Notes under the pieces: generated by a model
Database searches by the model: none
The model's input: only the letters and a program-made list of their open reading frames with translations
What the model was told of the DNA's origin: nothing
Origin: Planctomycetota bacterium
Lineage (GTDB): Bacteria > Planctomycetota > UBA11346
Length of the DNA stretch: 19,651 nt
Direction: 5' to 3'
Assembly (NCBI GenBank): GCA_038213805.1
Contig: JBBQSO010000091.1
Location: 1-19,651 of the forward strand
Translations under genes and position numbers: made by a program
Shown: one piece after another, positions 1 through 9,500 of the stretch
Layout: the number at the start of each line of letters is the position of its first letter
Position numbering within the stretch: the stretch's first letter is position 1

Positions 1-58
1 TGCGGGTGAAGTCCAGGAAGCGGCGCAGGGTGCGCTCGGGAGTAATAGAAGTGCTCAT
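1..58 (-). CDS. 5' end of an unidentified gene running off the left edge (MSTSITPERTLRRFLDFTR...)
   Basis: ATG at 58-56 on the minus strand, open to the window edge, with GC-rich-type codons. Preceded by an AT-rich intergenic stretch (59-145) containing TTGACA on the minus strand (92-87). Too short to assign a function. Confidence 0.5.
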   Translation of the reverse strand, partial: MSTSITPERTLRRFLDFTR

Positions 59-242
59 AAGGCCGGAAATCCGGACCCGTTAAGCATGTCAAGATCAATA
101 TTTACAGCGGTTTATGAGGATTTCTTAAGTGAACGCCATTGCCGCTAGACCAGAGGCGCGAGGCAGCCGGCTGTCGCCCCAGGAGTCGCGCTGAGGTCTG
201 TGGCCGCTTGTCCCTCACGCCGCGGGCCTCGTGCCTGGCGCC

Positions 243-2552
243 TCAGGAGAACCTGCCGGCGTCGATCCGCCCGGTTCGCGCGGACGTGGCCACGATCAGC
301 CCCCGTCCCCGGTAGCGGAGGAGGCACGACGTCGCCCCGCCGGTGGCGGTGATCTCGGCCCAGTCCAGGGCGCCATCCCGCCACGCCAGCGCGACCGTGA
401 AGCCGCCGCGCGCGCGCAGTCCGCGCACGCACCCCTGCGGCCACGCGGGCGGCAGGGCGGGCAGCAGGTCGAGGGCGTCGGCGTGGCTCTGCAGCAGCAT
501 CTCGGCGAGCGCGGCGGTGGCGCCGAAGTTGCCGTCGATCTGGAAGGGGGGGTGGTTGTCGAAGAGGTTTGGCAGGGTCGACTGCGCGAGCAGCAGGTCC
601 AGGTGCCGGGCGCACTGCGCGCCGTCGCCCAGGCGCGCGTAGAAGGCGATGATCCACGCGCGGCTCCAACCGGTGTGGCCGCCGCCGTGGGCGAGTCGGC
701 GGTCCAAGGTGGCGCGGGCCGCGGCGGCCAGCGCCGGGGCCCGCTGCGGGGTGAGCTCGTCCCCGGGAAACAGGCCCCACAGGTGCGAGATGTGGCGATG
801 GCCGGGCTCGTCCTCGTCGTGGTCCTCGCGCCACTCGCGGATCCCGCCGTGGCGATCCTGGCGCGTCGGCGGCAGGCGTGCGGCCAGCGCGGCGAGCTCA
901 TCGGCGAATGCCGCGTCGCAGTCCAGGAGCGCGGCCGCGGCGCGGCAGTTCGCGAACAGCGCGCGCAGGATCTGCGCGTCCATCGCCGGCCCCGCGCAGA
1001 GCTGGGCGCGCGCGCCGTCGCTGCCGCGCCAGGCGTTCTCGGGCGACACCACCGGCGCGGTGACCAGCTCGCCGGTGGCGGGATCCACGACCAGGAAGTC
1101 GCAGAAGAACAGCGCGGCGCCGCGCAGCACCGGCCACGCCCGGGCGAGGAAGGCGCGGTCGCCGCTGAAGCGGAAATGCTCCCACAGGTGCAGGCACAGC
1201 CATGCGCCCCCGGTCACCCACATGCCCGTGGCGCAGGAATCCACCGCGGCGGTGGCGCGCCACAGGTCGGTGTTGTGGTGCAGCACCCAGCCGCGGCAGC
1301 CGTAGTTGACCTGCGCGGTGCGCGTGCCGCTGACCATCAGCTCGTCGATCATCGCGAACAGCGGCGCGCCGAGCTCGGCGAGATTGCAGGTCTCGGCCGG
1401 CCAGTAGTTCATCTCGGTGTTGATATTGGTCGTCCACTTGCTGCCCCACGGCGGCACCAGGTTCGCGTTCCACAGGCCCTGCAAGGTCGCCGGTTGGCCA
1501 CCGGCGCGGCTGCAGGCGATCAGCAGGTAGCGCCCGAATGCGAAGTGCAGGGCCGCGAGCGCGGGGTCGGCAGCGCCCGCCGCAACCGCCGCGAGGCGCT
1601 CGTCGGTCGGCAGCGCGGGTGCCGGACCCAGGTCGAGCCGCACGCGCGCGAACAGCGCGCGGTGGTCGGCGAGGTGGGCTGCGCGCAGGTCTGCGAGGCT
1701 GCGCGTCCGCGCCGCCGCCAGGATCGCGGCGCAGCGTGCGTGCGGATCGCCGCTGATGTCCTGCCAATCGACGTGACTGGTCGCCAGGGCCAGGCGCAGG
1801 GTGACCTGCGACGCACCGACGACGCGTAGGCCGTCGGCGGTTTCCACGACCGTGCCGCCGACCGCCTCCATCGCCAACCGGCCGGCGAAGCGCAGGCCAG
1901 GTCCAGCCATGCCGCCGACCAGGTCGCGCTCCTGCCCGTCACCGTGCCACTGCCCGCTCAGTTCCAAGGTCCCGTCCGCCAGCGTCGTCGTGATCGCGTC
2001 GGGATGCGGACTGGTCAGGCGCGCGGTCATCGACATGCCGGTGGGATGGTCGCAGGCACAAGAAATCACGAGCACGCCATCCAGCGCGCTGGCGAAGACC
2101 TCGCGCGTGACGCTGGCTTCGCCGGTCCGCCACGTGCTGCGCGCGATCGCCTCGTCGAGGATCAGCTCGCGCCGGTAGCCAGTCTCTGGTCCAGTGTCCG
2201 CCAGGTCGATGAGGAGGTCTCCGAACGGTTGGTAGGCTTGCAGGAAACGCGGCCGGCAGAGCAGGTCCCGTTCGACCACGCCGGCAGCCGCGGCTATGTT
2301 GCCGGCGAAAAGCAGCGCGCGCGCCTCGTCTAATCCGGCGCGTGCCGTCGGCGACGTGTAATCGTGCGGCCGACCCGACCACAGCGTTCCTTCGTTGAGC
2401 TGGATGCGCTCTGCCGTGGTGCCGCCGAAGACCATCGCGCCGAGCCGGCCGTTGCCCACCGGCAGGGCCTCGTCCCAGGTCGCCGCGGGCCGGCGGTACC
2501 AGAGCATGCCCTGGCGTCCCGTTGCGGGAGTCGACGACGTTCCGGGATCCAT
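243..2552 (-). CDS. Glycoside hydrolase family 95 (alpha-1,2-L-fucosidase-like), probably cytoplasmic
   Basis: 769 aa with GH95 hallmark segments [56 protein letters not shown] and [10 protein letters not shown]. No obvious signal peptide. SD-like GAGGTGG upstream of the ATG. Confidence 0.93.
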   Translation of the reverse strand: MDPGTSSTPATGRQGMLWYRRPAATWDEALPVGNGRLGAMVFGGTTAERIQLNEGTLWSGRPHDYTSPTARAGLDEARALLFAGNIAAAAGVVERDLLCRPRFLQAYQPFGDLLIDLADTGPETGYRRELILDEAIARSTWRTGEASVTREVFASALDGVLVISCACDHPTGMSMTARLTSPHPDAITTTLADGTLELSGQWHGDGQERDLVGGMAGPGLRFAGRLAMEAVGGTVVETADGLRVVGASQVTLRLALATSHVDWQDISGDPHARCAAILAAARTRSLADLRAAHLADHRALFARVRLDLGPAPALPTDERLAAVAAGAADPALAALHFAFGRYLLIACSRAGGQPATLQGLWNANLVPPWGSKWTTNINTEMNYWPAETCNLAELGAPLFAMIDELMVSGTRTAQVNYGCRGWVLHHNTDLWRATAAVDSCATGMWVTGGAWLCLHLWEHFRFSGDRAFLARAWPVLRGAALFFCDFLVVDPATGELVTAPVVSPENAWRGSDGARAQLCAGPAMDAQILRALFANCRAAAALLDCDAAFADELAALAARLPPTRQDRHGGIREWREDHDEDEPGHRHISHLWGLFPGDELTPQRAPALAAAARATLDRRLAHGGGHTGWSRAWIIAFYARLGDGAQCARHLDLLLAQSTLPNLFDNHPPFQIDGNFGATAALAEMLLQSHADALDLLPALPPAWPQGCVRGLRARGGFTVALAWRDGALDWAEITATGGATSCLLRYRGRGLIVATSARTGRIDAGRFS

Positions 2553-2591
2553 GCATCCACCTCAGGTGCCGGCATGATGCCGGTCGGGTGA

Positions 2592-2618
2592 AGCGTAGCA
2601 TCGGCGCACCCCGCTCAA
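2592..2618 (-). promoter_or_regulatory. Candidate sigma70-type promoter for the GH95 gene (TTGAGC-N15-TACGCT, with extended -10 TG)
   Basis: Minus strand: TTGAGC (2618-2613), TGC then TACGCT (2597-2592), 40 nt upstream of the ATG. Confidence 0.45.
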
Positions 2619-2668
2619 CGGCAGGTCGTCCAGCGTGGTTGTGCGTCCAGTCCGCGCCACTGCTTGGC

Positions 2669-3319
2669 ATGGTGCGGCGTTCGCTGCGGCGTAGGGTGCG
2701 GCGCATGGCAGTCGTCCACGCGGTGTTGTCTCTGATAGCGGCGATCGCACTGGCCCTGCTCGGCCTGCCGTGGTGCTGGCTCCTGCTGGTGGATTCCTGG
2801 CGCCGCGCCGCAGCCGTGGATGACGGCATGCCGCTCGACCCGCTCGCGCTGTACTGCGGTGGTGGCTGCGCCCTGCTGCTCATGCTGTTCAAGCGCCCGA
2901 ACTGGTTCCTGCACACCGTCATCCATGAAACCGCCCACGCCCTGATGTGCGTGGTGCTGTTCGTGCCGGTGAGCGGCTTCCGTGCCACCCACGGCCACGG
3001 CGGTGAAATCGCGCACGGCCCCTGCGATCCGCTGCGCGGCACGCTCATCTCGATTGCGCCCTTTGTCCTGCCGCTGCTGCTCATCCCGCCGCTCGCCGCA
3101 GCGCCCTTCGTGCCCGGCGAGGGTCCCTGGCATCCGCTCTGTTCCGCCGTCGCGTCATTTGCCGCGCTGCAGCACCTGCAGGGTCTCTATCACAACGTGC
3201 GCCTCAACTTTTCGGGCGCCGGCTCAGACCTCGTCAAGGTCGGCCGGCCCTTGTCCCTGGTGCTCATCGCAGGCAGCCTGCTGCTGATCGCGACGTGGGT
3301 GCTGACGGTACTTTGGTAG
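2669..3319 (+). CDS. Membrane zinc metalloprotease, Peptidase M50B-like
   Basis: Several hydrophobic helices, HExxH in FLHTVIHETAHAL, downstream ISIAPF and a GSD motif before the last helix. Start is ATG 2669 or 2705; the ORF-track start at 2522 overlaps the GH95 start and is unlikely. Confidence 0.7.
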   Translation: MVRRSLRRRVRRMAVVHAVLSLIAAIALALLGLPWCWLLLVDSWRRAAAVDDGMPLDPLALYCGGGCALLLMLFKRPNWFLHTVIHETAHALMCVVLFVPVSGFRATHGHGGEIAHGPCDPLRGTLISIAPFVLPLLLIPPLAAAPFVPGEGPWHPLCSAVASFAALQHLQGLYHNVRLNFSGAGSDLVKVGRPLSLVLIAGSLLLIATWVLTVLW

Positions 3320-3436
3320 GGTCCGGAAGTCCGGAAGTCTCGGTGGAGGGAATGGCATCCGTTCGCGCGTGAGCGCCGGATAGACGTGGTCGTGCCGACT
3401 CGCGCGCCGTTCCGGGTTGAGCCGGACTTCCGGACC
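3320..3436. repeat. Intergenic element A1 with inverted (GTCCGGAA)n ends
   Basis: Left GGTCCGGAAGTCCGGAAGTCTC (3320-3341). Right CCGGACTTCCGGACC (3422-3436) is the exact reverse complement of 3320-3334. Lies between convergent genes. Confidence 0.8.
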
Positions 3437-3452
3437 GGGTGCGCCCCGCGCC

Positions 3453-6170
3453 CTAAAGCGTGAAATGGAACGCGGCCCCCGCGCCGGGCGCGCCCTCCGC
3501 CCAGACCTTGCCGGCGTGGCGGTGGATGATGCGGCCCACGGTGGCCAGGCCGATGCCGGTGCCTGGGAAGTCGCTCGTTGAATGCAGGCGCTGGAAGGCG
3601 CCGAAGAGCTTGCCGACGTAGGCCATGTCGAAGCCGGCGCCGTTGTCGCGCACGGTGAACACCGGACCGTCGGGGCCGTCGCTGGCGCTGAAGGTGATGC
3701 GCGCGTCGGGGCAGCGGGCGGTGAACTTCCAGGCGTTGCCGAGCAGGTTCGCGAGCGCGACGGTCAACAACCGCGCGTCGCCGCTGGCGGTCATGCCCGG
3801 CGCGATGGCAATCGCGACCACGCGCTGCGGCTCGTCACGACGCAGGATCGCGACCACCTCCTCGGCCAGGGCGCTGAGGTCGACCGGCGCACGCACCAGC
3901 TCGGCGCGGGTGATGCGGGCCAGCACCAGCAGATCGTCGATCAGCTCGGCCATACGCCGGGTGGCGCCGCGCACCCGTGCCAGGTAGTCGCGGGCCGTCG
4001 GCGCCCGGTCGGCGCCGTGGTCCTCGTCCAGGGCCTGGGTGAAGCCATCGATGGCGCGCAGCGGCGCGCGCAGATCGTGCGAGACCGAGTAGCTGAAGGC
4101 CTCGAGCTCGCGGTTGGCGACCTCAAGCATGGCCGTGCGCTCGACCACGCGCCGTTCGAGGTCGGCGGTGAGCAGGCCGAGCTCCTCGCCGGTCTGGTGG
4201 CGCTCGATGGCGATGCCGGTGAGGTGCAGCGCCAGCGAGATGATCTGCTGCTCGTCCGCATCGGGCTGGCGCAGCTCGCGCAGGTGGATGCACAGCACGC
4301 CGCCGATCTGCCCGCGCAGCGCCGTGATCGGAGCGCTCCAGCAGCACACCAGGCCGAGCGAGGCGGCGAGCGCGCGCGCACCCAGCCAGGGGGTGTCGGT
4401 GGCGAGCGTCCAGGAGCGCAGCCCGCCCGCGGTGCCGGGTTCCAGCAGCTCCGGCCCCGCCGCCGCCGCCGCGGACTCGAGCGCCGCCAGCCATTCCGCG
4501 GGCAGCGCCGAGGCCGCGGCCGCGGTCAGCCGGCCGCCGCGTGGCGCGCGGCGCAGCAGCGCCACCGCGAGATGCGGGAAGCGCCGCTCGATGAAGCTGC
4601 ACACCAGTTCGAAGGTGTTGGGCAGTGGATGGCCGCGCACGATCATCTCGAGCAGCGCGGACTCCCAGCCCTGTCGCTCCGCCTCGCGCCGGCTGTCGCT
4701 GACGTCGGTGGTCGCGCCGACCCACTCGTGCACCTGCCCGCCGACCAGGATCGGCACGGCGCGCGCCAGGCAGTGCCGCCACTCACCGTCGGCGCGGCGC
4801 ACGCGGTGCTCGACGCGGAAGGGTGCGCGCGTGCGCACCGCCTCCTTCCACACCGCGAGGGTGGCGGCGCGGTCGTCGGGGTGGATGGCCTCCATCCAGC
4901 CACTGCCGGCAGCCTCGGCGCGGCTCTGCCCGGTGAGCGCGATCCACGCCGCCGGGTCGCCACTCGATCGACCGACCGGGTCGGTGGTCCACACCGCCAG
5001 GGCGCTGGCCGAGACCAGCGAACGGAAGCGCAACTCGCTGGCGCGCAGTTCAAGCTCTGCCTGCTTCGCCTCGGTGATGTCCTGCACCACGCCGAGCATG
5101 CGCAGTGGCCGGCCCTCGGCGTCGCGCATCAGCAGGGCGCGGCTCGCCACCCAGCGGGTGGTGGCGGAAGCGGCCCAGCAGGTGCGGAACTCCGCGGCGT
5201 AGCGGCCGTCGCCGGCGATCGCCGCCTGCCGGCTGCGGTCGATGCTGGGCAGATCGTCCGGGTGTGGGACGGTACTGAACACATCGCGCGGGACATCGCG
5301 GTCCGCGTCGCCCAGGCCGAACATGGTCGCGGTGCGGGCTGAAATGCGCCCTTTATCGTTGGCGACATCGACCTCCCACATGCCGAGCTCGGCGATGTCG
5401 ATGGCCAGCGTCAGGCGCGCCTGGCTCTCGCGCAGGGCGGCCTCGGCCTGGCGGCTCGTGGCGATGCGTTCCTCAAGTTCGGCGGTGCGATCCGCGACCT
5501 GCCGCTCGACCGCGCGGAAGTCGCGCTGCGCCTGTTCTTCCTGGCGCGTGCGCAGCGTAAGGAAGCGGTTCATCAGCAGGTGGTTGAGCAGCGCGAGCAG
5601 GAACAGCGCGAGCACCAGACCGATCATCATCGCGAATGTCGTGCGCGTCAGTGCCGCGTCGCGGGCGACGTGCTGCGCGAGGGCGTGCTGCTCGTGCGCC
5701 TTCAGTTCAACGATGCCGCTGCGCAGACGTTCCTCGGCGCCGTCCGCGCCGGACCTGGCCAGCAGGCGCGCCGCCTGCGCATCGTCTGCGCCCAGCAGTG
5801 CGCGCACCTGGTGGTGGTGCGCCGCGAGCGCGTCCATGGCAGCCGCGACGTGCTGCACCGTGGCGGCCTGCTCGGGCACGTCTGCGGTGAGGTCCTCGAG
5901 CGCCACCAGCTGCTGCGTCGCAGTGCCGGCCGATCCGGCCGGTGCGGTCTGGCCGAGCAGGTCGCCGCGCAGCAGGACCTCGTCCGCTGCGAGCGCCGCG
6001 GCCAGGCCGTCGGTGGCCGAGATCACCTGCCAGGCGTGCTCGATCAGGCGAGAGGATTCCTGCGAGGCGAACATCAGCCGGGCTGACATCGCGGCCACTG
6101 CACCCAGGCCGAGCGCGGCCAGCAGCACGCTGAGACGTCTGAAGCGGATCATCGCGGCCTGGGTGAACAT
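3453..6170 (-). CDS. Membrane sensor histidine kinase (TM, CHASE3-like periplasmic region, TM, 2x PAS/PAC, GAF-like, HisKA, HATPase_c)
   Basis: H-box ELEAFSYSVSHDLRAPLR, N-box NLLGNAWKF, G1 DNGAGFD, F-box LFGAFQRLH, G2 GTGIGL. Two PAS repeats with HPDD. Two hydrophobic segments near the N-terminus. Exact start uncertain (6170 or the MIRFRR ATG). Confidence 0.92.
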   Translation of the reverse strand: MFTQAAMIRFRRLSVLLAALGLGAVAAMSARLMFASQESSRLIEHAWQVISATDGLAAALAADEVLLRGDLLGQTAPAGSAGTATQQLVALEDLTADVPEQAATVQHVAAAMDALAAHHHQVRALLGADDAQAARLLARSGADGAEERLRSGIVELKAHEQHALAQHVARDAALTRTTFAMMIGLVLALFLLALLNHLLMNRFLTLRTRQEEQAQRDFRAVERQVADRTAELEERIATSRQAEAALRESQARLTLAIDIAELGMWEVDVANDKGRISARTATMFGLGDADRDVPRDVFSTVPHPDDLPSIDRSRQAAIAGDGRYAAEFRTCWAASATTRWVASRALLMRDAEGRPLRMLGVVQDITEAKQAELELRASELRFRSLVSASALAVWTTDPVGRSSGDPAAWIALTGQSRAEAAGSGWMEAIHPDDRAATLAVWKEAVRTRAPFRVEHRVRRADGEWRHCLARAVPILVGGQVHEWVGATTDVSDSRREAERQGWESALLEMIVRGHPLPNTFELVCSFIERRFPHLAVALLRRAPRGGRLTAAAASALPAEWLAALESAAAAAGPELLEPGTAGGLRSWTLATDTPWLGARALAASLGLVCCWSAPITALRGQIGGVLCIHLRELRQPDADEQQIISLALHLTGIAIERHQTGEELGLLTADLERRVVERTAMLEVANRELEAFSYSVSHDLRAPLRAIDGFTQALDEDHGADRAPTARDYLARVRGATRRMAELIDDLLVLARITRAELVRAPVDLSALAEEVVAILRRDEPQRVVAIAIAPGMTASGDARLLTVALANLLGNAWKFTARCPDARITFSASDGPDGPVFTVRDNGAGFDMAYVGKLFGAFQRLHSTSDFPGTGIGLATVGRIIHRHAGKVWAEGAPGAGAAFHFTL

Positions 6171-6500
6171 ATGCCTCCGCGACCGTCCTAGGGGCGGCGT
6201 GATGGACCCGCCAACCCAGTCTTATGAGTCAGTCTCGGACCGGGCTGGCCCAGACAAGACGTGTGCCGACACCCTTGGCCGCCAAGGGGATGTACCAACG
6301 CGTCACCCCCAATCCCGATTCCTGGCACTGCCAGTGCTTGCGGGTCGAGTCCTCCCCGCTCTAATGCTTCATCCCCTGCAGACGGGTAGATCGCGCGACG
6401 CGGTCCCGGTCGCAGGCCATGGCCCTGGTAAGGGCCGCTCACATGTAGTGCGCTCAGCCGCCTACGCCAATCGAGCCACTTGGCTCAGGATTTGTCTCAC

Positions 6501-9500
6501 ATGACGGACCACCCCGATCTCGCCTCGTTGACCATCAAGGACCTGCGGCAGCTCGCAGGCGAACACCACATCCAGAACCGCAGCAAACTCGGCAAGGAGG
6601 ACCTTGTCCTCGCGCTGCAGAATGCGCTCGCCGGCCTGGGCAGCCGCCTGGCCGCCGCGGCTGCCGCCAGCGGTGGTGGCGAAACCACTGTTGAAAGCGC
6701 CGCTCCGGTCCAGGTCAGCGCGGCTGAGCCGGTCGCCGCCGCGCCCGCGCCCGCGTCCGCCGCCGAACCCGAGGTCCTCACGCTGGGTGGCGATCTCGCC
6801 CCCGCCGCCGAGCCGGAAGTGCTTGATGCCGCGGCCGTCGCCGACCTCGCAAGCCCTGCGCCCGATGCCGGCCCGCGCCCGCTCGGCCCCGATGGCCAGC
6901 CGCTCGGCGACGGTGAACGTCGTGGCCGTCGCCGTCGCCGTCGCCGCGGCCGTGGACGCGGCCGCCGCGATGGTGATGGCTTCGCGCCCGATGGCGCCCC
7001 GGGCGCCCCGGGCGAGCAGGGCCACGATCAGGACGAGGATGGTGAAGGCGAAGGCGAAGACGGCGATGACCAGGGCCAGGGCGAAGCTGCCGCGCCCGTC
7101 GCGCCTGCCGCCGTCGCGCCCGCTGCCGCCAGTCAGCCGATCGCCAAGGCCGGCGATGACCAGCGCCCCGCTGCGCCCCGTCCGCCCGTTGCCGGTCGTG
7201 GCGATGGCCGCGATGGCCAGCGCGAGCCGCGCGGTGACCGTTCGCCCCGCGATGATCGTGAACCTCGTGGCGACCGCGAACCGCGCGGCGATCGCGAACC
7301 CCGTGATCAGCGCGAACCCCGTGGGGATCGCGAGCCTCGTGACCAGCGCGAACCCCGCGGCGACCGCGATCTACGCGGCGACCGCGAGCCTCGTCAGGGC
7401 GACCGCGACCCGCGCGGCCAGAACCAGGGCCCGGAGACCCGTGCGCCCCGCCCGCGCCTTGATGGCCAGGTGCGCTCGGTGCCGAGCGTCCTCGACCGCC
7501 TGTGTGTCTTCACCCGCGGCATCCTCGAACTCTGCGACCCCGCGACCCCGAGCTGGGCGCAGGCACGCCTTTCCGAGCTGCTTGCCGAGGCCGGACTGGT
7601 CGGCATGCCCGCCAACGGCGTGCCCCACCCGGACTTCCACCAGGTGGTGGGCACCGCCCTGGCCAAGGACCTGCCCGCTGGGCACATCGCCGTGATCGAG
7701 GCCCCCGGCTTCGCCCTGCGCGGCGACCGCGGCGACCTCTTCCCGCTGCGCAAGGCCCAGGTGCGTGTCGCTGGCAGCGAGCGTCGCGATCAGGCCCCCG
7801 GCGAGCGTCCCGCCTTCCAGCCGGTCGCCGAGCGCCCGGCCGCTGTCCCGGTGAGCGCCGCCGCTCCTGCCCCCGCTCCTGCCGCCACTCCCGCGGCCGA
7901 GCCGGTCGAGATCGGCCTCGCTGACATCGCCGCGGTGCCCGCGCTGGTCGCGACCACGCCGACTGCAGATGCTCCCGGCCTGCGCCAGGATCCCGACGCG
8001 CCCCGTCAGGATGACGAGCGTGGCGGTCGTCCGCCCCAGGGCGAGCGCAGCCGCCACGGCCGCGACCGCAATGACGGCCGTCGCGATGGCCGCGGCGGTG
8101 AGCGCCGTGATGGCCGCGAACCTCGCGACGGTCGTGAGCCCCGCGATGCCCAGCGCCCGCGTGGTGACGCCCAGGAGCGCGCTCCCGAGCGTGCCCCGGA
8201 AGGCGACGCCCCGGTCCAGCCGGTGGAGCGCAGCGAGGCCCCCGCGCCGCATCCCGAGCAGGGCCGCCCGCCGCACTACCCGCACGCGCCCGAGCCTGCC
8301 GGCGACGCCCCGACCCTGCCGCTCGCGCCGCAGGTCCCGGAAGTGCTCGCCGCCCGCCCCAAAGCGGAAGGCTTCCGCGCCCTTGGCCTGAACGAGCAGA
8401 TCCTCGCGGATCTCGCCGGCATCGGCTATCAGCAGCCCTCGCCGATCCAGTCCGAGGCCATCCCGCACGTGCTCGCCGGCCGCGACGTCCTGGGTCAGGC
8501 CCAGACCGGCACCGGCAAGACCGCGGCCTTCGCCCTGCCCATGCTCCAGCGCCTCTACGAGCTCGAGCCGCGCGAGGGCAAGCCCGCGATGCTGGTGCTG
8601 TGCCCGACGCGCGAACTCGCGCGCCAGGTCGCCGGCGAATTCACGCGCATGGCCGGCGCCAGCGGTGCGCGCGCCGCGGTGATCTACGGCGGCGTGTCGA
8701 TGGACGACCAGGTCCGCGCCCTCGACCGCCACCCGCACGTGGTGATCGGCACCCCCGGCCGCATCATCGACCACATGCGTCGCCACACCCTCGACCTCTC
8801 GCGCCTGGCCATGGCGGTGCTGGACGATGCCGACCAGATGCTCGACATCGGCTTCTGGCCCGACGTCAACTACATCATCGGGCACACCCCGCCCGAGCGG
8901 CAGATGCTGCTGTTCTCAGCCACCTTCCCCGACGAGGTGAAGCAGATGGCCGAGAAGCATATGAAGAACCCCGTGCATGTGCGCATCGCGCCCAAGCAGG
9001 TGACCGTCGAGCAGGTCGACCAGAAATTCATCGCCGTGCCGCGCGAGCGGAAGAACGAGCTGCTGGCGCACTTCATCGAGACCCAGAATCCGCCCCAGCT
9101 GGTGGTGTTCTGCCGCACCAAGCACCAGACCGACCGCGTCGCCGAGGTGCTCAAGCGCAAGAACATGTCTGCCGGCGCCATCCACGGCGACCTGCCCCAG
9201 ACCAAGCGCGAGAAGATGCTCCAGCAGTTCCGCGCCGGCGAGCTGCAGTGCCTGGTCGCGACCAACGTCGCGGCGCGCGGTCTGGACATCCCGACGGTCT
9301 CCCACGTGGTCAACTACGACATCCCCGAGATGCCGGAAGAGTACGTGCATCGCATCGGCCGCACCGCGCGCAACGGCGCACGCGGCGTGGCGCGCACCTT
9401 CATCACCCCCGATGACGGCCAGTTCCTGCTCGAGATCGAGAAGCACATCGGCATGGAGCTCGAGGAGGAGAAGGTCGAGGGCTTCACGCTCGCGCCCGAG

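Noticed and set aside
61..79. Third family A element (GGCCGGAAATCCGGACCC)
   Set aside because: Only a degenerate, short resemblance with no partner arm, so it could be chance.
231..1829. Long antisense or alternative-frame ORFs (e.g. 231-1829 +, 3582-5342 +, 5242-6504 +, 7371-8885 -, 14256-16082 -, 18370-19563 -)
   Set aside because: They overlap well-supported genes, lack recognisable motifs, and are the expected shadow ORFs of high-GC coding DNA.
6501..7000. Transcription termination factor Rho gene
   Set aside because: Only a Rho-N-like segment is present. There is no Rho OB-fold RNA-binding or Rho ATPase signature, and the ATPase is clearly SF2 DEAD-box type.
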